Below are positions 27,516-34,943 of a stretch of DNA of 39,053 bases, piece by piece. Position 1 is the stretch's first letter. Each line of letters starts with the position of its first letter. The stretch spans positions 1 through 39,053 of the forward strand of contig JAJZJV010000003.1 of the NCBI GenBank assembly GCA_021809925.1, in the 5' to 3' direction. Both the position numbers and the translations under genes were made by a program. Source of the DNA: Candidatus Micrarchaeota archaeon (lineage in GTDB: Archaea; Micrarchaeota; Micrarchaeia; Micrarchaeales; CABMGC01). A model generated the notes under the pieces. It did no database searches and was not told the DNA's origin. It saw only the letters and a program-made list of their open reading frames with translations.

Positions 27516-28594
27516 AATTGCTTTACGCGGATACTTCCGCAGATTCCAGTCGATGCTGCTGGAGGACACCGCTATCAGATTTCGACAGCCATGCAAGTCT
27601 ACCCAGTGACTTCACTGGGTGGCGTACGGCTCAGTAACGCGTGGTCAATCTACCGCAGAGAAGGGGATAACCTTGGGAAACTGAGGACAATACCCTATAG
27701 GCTAAGTGCTCTGGAAGGAGCGTTAGCTTAAAGTGGATGCGAATTGGAGCATTTCAGCTCTGCGATGAGACTGCGTCGGATCAGGCAGATGGCGGGGTAA
27801 CGGCCCACCATACCTTTGACCTGTAGGGGATATGAAAGTATAAGCCCCGAGAAGGGCACTGAGACAAGGGCCCTAGCGCTACGGCGTGCAGCAGGCGCGA
27901 AAACTCCACAATGCGCGAAAGCGTGATGGGGGGAGTCTGAGTGGCACACTTTTAGTGTACCTTTTGCTAAGTCTAGACAGCTTGGCGAATAAGTGCTGGG
28001 TAAGTCCGGTGGCAGCCGCCACGGTAATACCGGCGGCACAAGTGGTGTTCACGATTATTGGGCTTAAAGAGTCCGTAGCTGGCCGAAACCGTCTTATGTG
28101 AAATATTGGTGCTTAACATCAATGCGTGCATAAGATACCTTTCGGCTAGGGAGCGGGAGAGGTCAAGAGTACTCATGGGGTAGGAGTAAAATCTTTTAAT
28201 CCTATGAGGACTACCGGTGGCGAAGGCGCTTGACCAGAACGCATCCGACAGTGAGTGACGAAGGCTAGGAGAACGAATCGGATTAGATACCCGAGTAGCC
28301 CTAGCAGTAAATTATGCAGACTTTAGGTGTTGCGCCTATCACGAATGGGTGCAGTACCGTAGGAAAACTGTTAAGTCTGCCGCCTGGGGAGTACGGCCGC
28401 AAGGTTGAAACTTAAAGCAATTGGCGGGGGAGCACACAAGGGGTGGATGCTACGGTTTAATTGAATTCAACGTCGGGAATATTACCTGGAGCGACGGCAG
28501 GATGATGGTCAGGCTAACGACCTTACCAGACGAGCCGAGAGGTGGTGCATGGCGATCGTCAGTTCGTGGTGTGAACTCTCCGGTTAAGTCCGGT

Positions 28595-29086
28595 ATGCTT
28601 TCGTGTGATTCTATGAAAACAATGCTAAAGCCAAAAATATGTTATATGGTTGGGCTCTTCTCAAAGAACTTGGGAGAGAACAATGCCATAGGGATTAGAA
28701 CCAACCTTAAAGAAGTGGAGGAACGCTTCATAGAGACAGCTATAAAAGAGCTCTCTATAGAACCAAGCAAGATCCTTTTCAGGGATGGAGATGTATTTTT
28801 CTATCACTCAAGGATCTACAAGCAATTTCTTGATATAATCAAGAGAGAGACTAAGATCTTTAAGACCGAAAACGAGCTTTCAAAGAGCTACGTTGCAGGT
28901 CTTTTCGATGCTGCTGGTTCTATTAAAAGAAGCGGAGTCCATATTAAGGGAATGAATCCCAGCGATGAGCTTATGTTAGAGGAGCTCGGAATCCACACGA
29001 ACGGAGGAAGAGTCTTGAACATAAGCAAGTTTTTCATGCTTATGAAGGGCTATAGCATTTTGTTGGAGATAACACGATTGCCCGGT
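28595..29086 (+). other. 16S rRNA intron (insertion near E. coli position ~1092-1096); boundaries +/- ~5 nt
   Basis: The conserved GGTTAAGTCCGG at 28581-28594 only continues as (T)ACGAACGAGACTC at 29087 onward. TCGTGT near the 5' end can pair with ACACGA near the 3' end, and CCGG occurs at both junctions. Confidence 0.75.
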
Positions 29087-29107
29087 TACGAACGAGACTC
29101 TCACTGA
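28613..29107 (+). CDS. intron-encoded LAGLIDADG-family protein, probably catalytically degenerate
   Basis: 164 aa counted from the ATG at 28613. Motif 2 reads YVAGLFDAAGSI and motif 1 reads YMVGLFSKNLGE. The stop lies about 20 nt inside the downstream exon. Confidence 0.7.
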   Translation: MKTMLKPKICYMVGLFSKNLGENNAIGIRTNLKEVEERFIETAIKELSIEPSKILFRDGDVFFYHSRIYKQFLDIIKRETKIFKTENELSKSYVAGLFDAAGSIKRSGVHIKGMNPSDELMLEELGIHTNGGRVLNISKFFMLMKGYSILLEITRLPGYERDSH

Positions 29108-29361
29108 CCGTTGCCAGCAGTCTAGAGATAGACTGGGCACTCAGTTGGGACCGCCTGCGTTTAAGCAGGAGGAAGGAGAGAGCAACGGTACGTCAGTATG
29201 CCCCAAATCTTCAGGGCCACACGCGGCATACAGAGGTTGGTACAATGGGTTGCAACTCAGAGATGGGAAGCTAATCCCCCAAAACCAACCAAAGTTCGGA
29301 TTGAGGATTGAAACTCATCCTCATGAAGCTGGAATCCCTAGTAATCGCTTGTCATCATCGA

Positions 29362-29397
<36 letters not shown>

Positions 29398-29570
29398 TGT
29401 CAAGTCATCCAAATGAGGCTCTAGTGAGGCAGTATCTATGATATTTTCGAACTAGAGTTTCGTAAGGAGGGCTAAGTCATAACAAGGTATCCGTAGGGGA
29501 ACCTGCGGATAGATCACCTCACAAACTTCACTTGAAGTATTGTAACCTAATAATGATTGTGTGCAAAATG

Positions 29571-29604
29571 CTGCGTAAGCCTCGCATTATTTCCTCAAGA
29601 CTAT
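29571..29604 (+). promoter_or_regulatory. 3' strand of the pre-16S processing stem
   Basis: Complement of 27485-27515, as described for the 5' strand. Confidence 0.65.
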
Positions 29605-29606
29605 AT

Positions 29607-29628
29607 TCTTATTTTTCATGTTTTTTCT
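29607..29628 (+). terminator. T-rich tract downstream of the 16S gene (candidate archaeal terminator)
   Basis: TCTTATTTTTCATGTTTTTTCT lies immediately after the processing stem. Confidence 0.3.
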
Positions 29629-29739
29629 AAATCTTTTATCTCGCAAGAATAGAAAGCTTTTTAAATTTTTCTTAAAAAAAGAGTAATCTTTAAATATGAT
29701 ATTTTACTCTAACATATTACAATTCCTAATGTGATATCA

Positions 29740-31587
29740 ATGAGTAAAGATAATATTATGCGAAATTCAGAGTACCTCAGGGCTCTCGGAAATGCAGTTA
29801 ATACTGAAATAGGCTTTTCAGAAGCCAACGGCAAAAGCCTGAATAGTGTTTCAAAATTTGAACATGGGATGAATGCTCTGAATCAAGCGAGAAATAGGGT
29901 AATTCCATCTCCCTCACAGACTATAAATACAACTGCATCTGGCGAAGGCCTGAAGAGTGTTTCAAAATTTGAACAAATGATGAAAGCAATGTCTCCGGCC
30001 GGGATGTATTGGGACTCTGGGGAACTGGTCTGGGTCAGGCCAAATAATACCAACGGTTCTCAGTTTGTTGCAGTCGGAACATTCTTCACAAAGATTGCCA
30101 ACAGCACAACAACACATCTGCACAACTCGGTTACAGTTGCAGAGAATATGGTAAAAGTTGGAACTTCTGTGGTTGTAGGGAATGTAAGCAATGCAATATC
30201 ATTCGCATCAAGCCTGGCTGGCAATGCTTATACGGTGACATCTGGCAAGATACATGGCGCTTATTCGTCTGCTGTATCATTTGGCTCTGATACATGGAAA
30301 AGAGCCTCAGACAATACGGTAGCTGCTTACTCACATGCAGTAAATACAGCCACGCATGCAACAAATTCGGTAAATAAAGCAGCAAAGGATGCTGCTTCTG
30401 TTTCTGGAAGTACGTACTCTGATATCGTTAATATCGGAAAGATTTCCTTCAAAACAACAGCGTCCATTGCATCGAGTACATATTACTCTACAGTTTCATC
30501 AAGCTCCGCAGGATGGAAGTATGTGTCTAACTCTGCTTCTGCAGCATACGGAAACATCTCCGCACATGTGCAAAGCGCATCCGACAAAGTAAGGACGAGT
30601 GCCATTGCGATAGCAGCAAAGGCAGCAGCAATATCCTCTGCAGCATCTCTCGGGACGGCAAGCCACTACACTCAAGCGAATGCATGGATCGGAAGTGCTG
30701 CGAAGAGCACACAGTCAAAGGCAGCGGGAGCATACGCAAACGTAGCAGGAGAGGCAGCCAAAGCAGTTGAATACGCCTCTTCACAGATAAATTATGCACG
30801 CACTACCTCCGCAAAGAGCGCGAAATCTGCAGCAAATGCTGTAGCAAGCATTCATGGAAATGTTGCACAGTTTGTAAGCAGAGATGTTAAACGGATGCGT
30901 GAGGAACTTTTAGAATCTCACACACGCACTTCAGAAGCAAGGCGAAGAACTAGAATAGCATCTTCCATAGTAAGAGGGAAAATTCAGGGATATGTGGACA
31001 TGGAAGGGAAGAGCATTCATTTTGTCCATCCATCATTTGGGAGTATTTCAGGCACTATCATTTCTACAGAGGATGGCCGTACGGCAATATCTTTATCTGA
31101 AAGCCAATCAACAGCCGCCACTGGAAGGCAACCATCAACAATCGCTTCGGCTTACGATGCAGCCAAAGCTGCAGTCTCTGCAGCTCCGGGCTTCTTCTCA
31201 AAGGTTCAGGCAAGCGTTGCAGCATCTGTAACAAAAACAATAAAGGGTGTTTCATCAACATTGGAAGAGGTTGCAAAGGCAAATATGATGCCTTTCCCAC
31301 CCGATTCGAGCACAGCTGAGAAGCAGCCTCAACTAAAGGCCGTGCCACCGAAGGTCTCAGAATCAGATAAGATAAAGCAGGAGATCAGGACTCTAAGGAG
31401 CTCAACTCCTGAAAAATCGCCAAATGGCAGATTCGGTACAAGGACTGAGCGTCATCAAGCAGAAAAAATGGGCGCAGAATTAGAAGTCCTAGAAGCAAGG
31501 CTCGCAAGGATGGATGCTCTTTCCAGCGCAGCAAGAAGAAGCGCAGAAAGTGCGGTAAGGAAGCAGCCACAGAGATTAAGAGCCTAG
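29740..31587 (+). CDS. Ala/Ser/Thr-rich repeat protein with a basic coiled-coil C-terminus, function unknown
   Basis: A long ORF of 615 aa from the ATG at 29740. It has an N-terminal duplicated SVSKFE(H/Q)(G/M)M module. The core has AY(S/G/A) or TY(S/Y) recurring every ~11-25 residues. The tail reads AELEVLEARLARMDALSSAARRSAESA. No TM helix or signal peptide is seen. Confidence 0.65.
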   Translation: MSKDNIMRNSEYLRALGNAVNTEIGFSEANGKSLNSVSKFEHGMNALNQARNRVIPSPSQTINTTASGEGLKSVSKFEQMMKAMSPAGMYWDSGELVWVRPNNTNGSQFVAVGTFFTKIANSTTTHLHNSVTVAENMVKVGTSVVVGNVSNAISFASSLAGNAYTVTSGKIHGAYSSAVSFGSDTWKRASDNTVAAYSHAVNTATHATNSVNKAAKDAASVSGSTYSDIVNIGKISFKTTASIASSTYYSTVSSSSAGWKYVSNSASAAYGNISAHVQSASDKVRTSAIAIAAKAAAISSAASLGTASHYTQANAWIGSAAKSTQSKAAGAYANVAGEAAKAVEYASSQINYARTTSAKSAKSAANAVASIHGNVAQFVSRDVKRMREELLESHTRTSEARRRTRIASSIVRGKIQGYVDMEGKSIHFVHPSFGSISGTIISTEDGRTAISLSESQSTAATGRQPSTIASAYDAAKAAVSAAPGFFSKVQASVAASVTKTIKGVSSTLEEVAKANMMPFPPDSSTAEKQPQLKAVPPKVSESDKIKQEIRTLRSSTPEKSPNGRFGTRTERHQAEKMGAELEVLEARLARMDALSSAARRSAESAVRKQPQRLRA

Positions 31588-31893
31588 ATCTCTTACAACT
31601 TTATTATTTGCCATACTAACCAACGGATGATTGCAATATAGCTATGACAATGCAGGAAAGGTCTGCCTTCAAGTATAAAAGAAGCCAGGATCGAGAATCT
31701 CTAACCAGGCTGGTATCTGGTGTCAGAAAGGTTAATTGCAGGGTTGGTTTTGTCACCAGAATGGAATGTTTATAAGATTGACAATTGCAATGAAAGGATA
31801 AGCGGGGTAAATGTGAATCACTGGCAGATACTCTTAAGAAGCTTCTCCAAGGATCCCAATGCTCCTCTTATGATCTAAGAAATGGGTAGCTAA

Positions 31894-32247
31894 ATGAATA
31901 CGGGAAGAATAGTAACGTCCGAGTTGCGCGTGGCTGCGGAGTCAATAAGTCGACAATTCGGGATAAAGATAGATCTAAGTGACTCGTACCATAAGACGTT
32001 CATAAATGCATTCGCCGAGCGCTCTCTCGCCCTCAGTAGTCGATTGTCAAATCTTGTATCAGTAGCAATGGGTTGCAATGTTGCTGGCATCGTTGCATTG
32101 TTCCCAAGCAACGCTGGTGATGGCTCTATACTCTTAGCTGAAAGAGACAGGATAACAGGAAAGAGATATCTTCATAAAGTTATTATTGCCAATTCAGGAA
32201 AACTTTTGTTTGTTGACATGCTCGAAGTGGCAAAAAAGAGAGACTAA
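31894..32247 (+). CDS. hypothetical protein (117 aa)
   Basis: ATG-initiated ORF with no competing frame and no recognisable motif. Confidence 0.4.
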   Translation: MNTGRIVTSELRVAAESISRQFGIKIDLSDSYHKTFINAFAERSLALSSRLSNLVSVAMGCNVAGIVALFPSNAGDGSILLAERDRITGKRYLHKVIIANSGKLLFVDMLEVAKKRD

Positions 32248-32300
32248 TCCCAATCCATAAATAATAAAAATCTTGCATCATTATATAATTTGGTGATATC

Positions 32301-32645
32301 GTGGCGCAAGTCGATGGGGTTGTTGTAAGGCGAAATATTTTGGATAGGCTTGTCTTTCCAAGTGTTGCTCGTTCGTCCGATGTGGTTCTTAGAAGCAACA
32401 GTGACCTCAGGGCATTGCATAGGGATTCGTTGCAAGCTCAAACGCTTGGGGAATTCCTTGGTCTTGGAACATCTATAATAGGCGCAGCTGCACTCTATTC
32501 GCATATAAATACTACAAAAGATATTTTCGGATCGCTTTTTGCTGCGGCTGGAGTAACCTCCCTTTTCATAGCATTATATGCTGCAAAGAGAGACAAGAAG
32601 ATATCACTTCTTTTAAAAGAAAATACTAATAGTGGCGTGCCGTAG
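32301..32645 (+). CDS. hypothetical small membrane protein (GTG start); its 3' end runs into the orphan RNase P repeat
   Basis: 114-aa ORF with two hydrophobic segments (LGLGTSIIGAAALY and LFAAAGVTSLFIALYAA). The start is weak and the last 5 codons lie inside the repeat. Confidence 0.3.
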   Translation: MAQVDGVVVRRNILDRLVFPSVARSSDVVLRSNSDLRALHRDSLQAQTLGEFLGLGTSIIGAAALYSHINTTKDIFGSLFAAAGVTSLFIALYAAKRDKKISLLLKENTNSGVP

Positions 32646-32695
32646 CCCCTCTTCTGTTTTAGGCGACATTAGACTCAGCGGCATTTTGCCTTGCA
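32631..32695. repeat. 65-bp direct repeat, copy 1 (orphan duplicate of the 3' end of RNase P RNA)
   Basis: 63/65 identical to 34360-34424. The differences are C/T at 32664 vs 34393 and C/T at 32676 vs 34405. Confidence 0.9.
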
Positions 32696-32696
32696 A

Positions 32697-33458
32697 CTAA
32701 AGCATCTCTATAAATGCCTTTATGTCTTTCAGCATCATTCTGGCATCTGGCTGGTTAGTAACATCCACATACTTCTTATCATAATATTCTACATTCGCCA
32801 GCATGCCTACCATCTGGCGATCGGAATATGCAATTATGTCTTTTATTCCCCTTATCTTCGCTATGCCATTCATATAATTAACATATTTTCTCTTGTTTGT
32901 CAATAATCTAAAGCCAATCCAAGTATCATATATATCTTTAAGTTCATTTCTGTCCAACATAGCAAGGGTCTTCTCTGCCATAAGGTATTCGATACTATAT
33001 GATGGAACTATGATTGGCGGCACCAATTGACCATAATAATAAAGTAAGTCTACAAGCTGAAGCTTCTCCGGTTCTTCAAAGATCTTCTCTGTAGGCACAA
33101 GGTCCAAAACTATCTCTTTATATGTCATTCTGGCAGAGGTTACTTTTCTTCCAGGGAAAGCTCCACTAAAGGTCATCTTTGCCCCAATCTTCTTAAGCAC
33201 TCTCAATGTCTTCTGATAAGAATACACAAAAATATCCAAATCATACGATAGACGCTGCTTCTTTCCAAAATATATCTTGTTAAGCGCAGTGCCTCCAAAC
33301 AAGCCAACCCTGCATCCTTCTTTCTCTAGCATTGGGAATATTTCACCCATGGCTTCGTATGTAGCTAAGCTTTTTCTAACCTTAGTCGCATCTATTCCCA
33401 GTTTTATTGCTAATTCGTTGAGATCTATATCATATTGCATTAAACCACTGCCTGACAT
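32697..33458 (-). CDS. AbiEii/AbiGii-family nucleotidyltransferase toxin (type IV TA)
   Basis: 253-aa ORF with LFGGTALNKIYFGKKQRLSYDLDIFVY (GGTAL ... R.S.DlD), a signature of the AbiEii/DUF1814 family. Confidence 0.8.
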   Translation of the reverse strand: MSGSGLMQYDIDLNELAIKLGIDATKVRKSLATYEAMGEIFPMLEKEGCRVGLFGGTALNKIYFGKKQRLSYDLDIFVYSYQKTLRVLKKIGAKMTFSGAFPGRKVTSARMTYKEIVLDLVPTEKIFEEPEKLQLVDLLYYYGQLVPPIIVPSYSIEYLMAEKTLAMLDRNELKDIYDTWIGFRLLTNKRKYVNYMNGIAKIRGIKDIIAYSDRQMVGMLANVEYYDKKYVDVTNQPDARMMLKDIKAFIEML

Positions 33459-34167
33459 TGATGCTATCGTATATCTCCCATCTTGAATTATAATTTATAT
33501 TTTTATGTTTAAAAAAATATGATATCCTAGAGCCTTCTCTGCTAAGTTTATACAATCTCTTTAAGAACCATGCTGGAGCCAATCCTTCCAATGCGTACCC
33601 TATCCTGCGAATATCTGTAAGGCTAGAATCCATTGCATAATAAAGCAACTCTTTCCACTCTTTTTTAGTAAGCTTTCTCTCGTTCAATGCCCTATACATA
33701 TCAAAATAATTCGCGTATTTTGGCACTGAAAGTATATCAAAGATGGTTTTTGGGTACGTAGATACTAATATCTCATCTCCCTCTACAAGTATGAATTCTG
33801 CACCGTATTGCTGCTTTGACACATTTACCGGAATTATTATTCTGCCTAATACTCTTCGTTTTTTCTTATGTGCGGATGTGCATACATAGATTTCACTACT
33901 TACCTCTGTTTTAAGGCTGTGCAGGTAAAGTGCCGAGGAAAAGCCAATGTAACCCTTATACAAATAAATCCCTATGTAAAATATATTCGCTGTCTTGGAA
34001 TAAATACTTTTAGATATCTTGAAAAGTTTACCTGTTTTTAACAAATTTTTAATCCTATAATTTATCTTTCTCTTGCTAACTCTCCCATGGGTTATTCTAA
34101 CTATCTCTCTTGTCTTAAAGACCTGTGGCAAATCTTCTATGTTGATAATTCTATCCATATGGAACAC
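33430..34167 (-). CDS. AbiEi-family antitoxin/transcriptional regulator
   Basis: 245-aa ORF. It has an N-terminal wHTH (IKNLLKTGKLFKISKSIYS), then GYIGFSSALYLHSL, PKTIFDIL and IRRIGYALEGL. It overlaps the toxin start by 29 nt. Confidence 0.75.
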   Translation of the reverse strand: MFHMDRIINIEDLPQVFKTREIVRITHGRVSKRKINYRIKNLLKTGKLFKISKSIYSKTANIFYIGIYLYKGYIGFSSALYLHSLKTEVSSEIYVCTSAHKKKRRVLGRIIIPVNVSKQQYGAEFILVEGDEILVSTYPKTIFDILSVPKYANYFDMYRALNERKLTKKEWKELLYYAMDSSLTDIRRIGYALEGLAPAWFLKRLYKLSREGSRISYFFKHKNINYNSRWEIYDSINVRQWFNAI

Positions 34168-34359
34168 TTTATGTATCCAAAATAAAATTTATCAACAGAT
34201 ATAAAAAGGTTTCGCATGTTGAGGTTTTGAGACTTTATTCATTTCTTTCGGCATATTTCGATTTAACAGTTATCAAATCTACAAATATTATTCCATCAGC
34301 CGATTTTGTCTCAAAGCCGCGTGTTGATCTGTAAAGACCTTCCAAACAAGCTACTTCTC

Positions 34360-34424
34360 AGTGGCGTGCCGTAGCCCCTCTTCTGTTTTAGGTGACATTA
34401 GACTTAGCGGCATTTTGCCTTGCA
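34360..34424. repeat. 65-bp direct repeat, copy 2 (the 3' end of the intact RNase P RNA gene)
   Basis: See copy 1. This copy is contiguous with the rest of the RNA gene. Confidence 0.9.
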
Positions 34425-34594
34425 TGCTCACTGTATGCGCACCGGCGCGTTTCATCCACACCCGAAGGCTCGTAGTGTCATAGCTTATCTTCGGCAGCGG
34501 TCTCGTTTCTGTTCCGGATAAGGCCTTAAGCCGTACATACTCTGCATGGAGAGAGCTTCCTCAGCCCGAAGGCCGTCGGTCACCCGCACGCCAC
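34360..34594 (-). ncRNA. rnpB: RNase P RNA, compact (~235 nt)
   Basis: A GC-rich island in AT-rich DNA. On the minus strand: P1 is AGUGGCGUGC/GCACGCCACU (10 bp), P2 is GGUGAC/GUCACC, and P3 is CGGCC-UUCG-GGCUG. A CR-I-like GAGGAAGCUCUCU sits at 34553-34562 and a CR-V-like ACAGAAGAGGGGCUA at 34372-34386. Together these form a P4 helix of 8 bp with a single bulged U. Confidence 0.7.
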
Positions 34595-34629
34595 TATTAT
34601 TATATTACTTATCCTACTATTTAATTATT

Positions 34630-34935
34630 ATGCTAAACGTGCTCCTTTCAGGGACGCTGAATTCAGTTCTCTCTGAAGTTATAGTCATATTCGCCATAGC
34701 TATAGTCTTATTCATAATATTCAAGATTGGCAAGGCGATCCTCAAGCTGATATTCGGACTCATAATAAACAGCATTCTGGGCATTGTCGCAATATTCGCA
34801 CTCAACTATATCTTCAATCTTGGGTTGCCCCTGAATGCGCCAATCTTAATAGCAACTGCGATATTCGGGTTGCCTGCTGTCGGAACCATACTGATACTCA
34901 AGCTTACAGGAGCAGCATTTCTCTTTCTTATATAA
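34630..34935 (+). CDS. small polytopic membrane protein, BofA-like
   Basis: 101 aa from the ATG at 34630. Hydrophobic helices end in LGLPLNAPILIATAIFGLPAVGTILILKL, which resembles the BofA family. The upstream 28 codons of the ORF-track call lie inside the RNase P RNA gene. Confidence 0.55.
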   Translation: MLNVLLSGTLNSVLSEVIVIFAIAIVLFIIFKIGKAILKLIFGLIINSILGIVAIFALNYIFNLGLPLNAPILIATAIFGLPAVGTILILKLTGAAFLFLI

Positions 34936-34943
34936 TATCTTTA

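Noticed and set aside
30131-31570. Alternative-frame and antisense ORFs (60-94 aa) inside the Ala/Ser-rich gene
   Set aside because: They are by-products of the GCN/AGC-rich repetitive coding. The 615-aa frame is the only one spanning the region.
31630-31791. Two copies of the palindrome ATTGCAAT (31630-31637 and 31784-31791), plus a CTGGTG...CACCAG stem, in the intergenic region upstream of 31894
   Set aside because: An AT-rich 8-mer is expected about once or more by chance in a window this size. With no further symmetry or conservation evidence, I do not call an operator.
34360-34594. SRP (7S) RNA on the plus strand. The 5' sequence GUGGCGUGCCGUAGCCCC superficially resembles an SRP Alu-domain start, and the 5' and 3' ends pair.
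   Set aside because: I found no helix-8 GNAR tetraloop with the flanking AGCA/GGAA-type symmetric loop. The minus strand gives a much better match to RNase P, with CR-I/CR-V forming P4 with a bulged U, plus P2 and P3.
34546-34629. N-terminal 28 codons (MERASSARRPSVTRTPLLL...) of the 129-aa ORF-track call
   Set aside because: They lie inside the structured RNA gene and are compositionally unlike the rest of the protein. The membrane protein most likely starts at the ATG at 34630.
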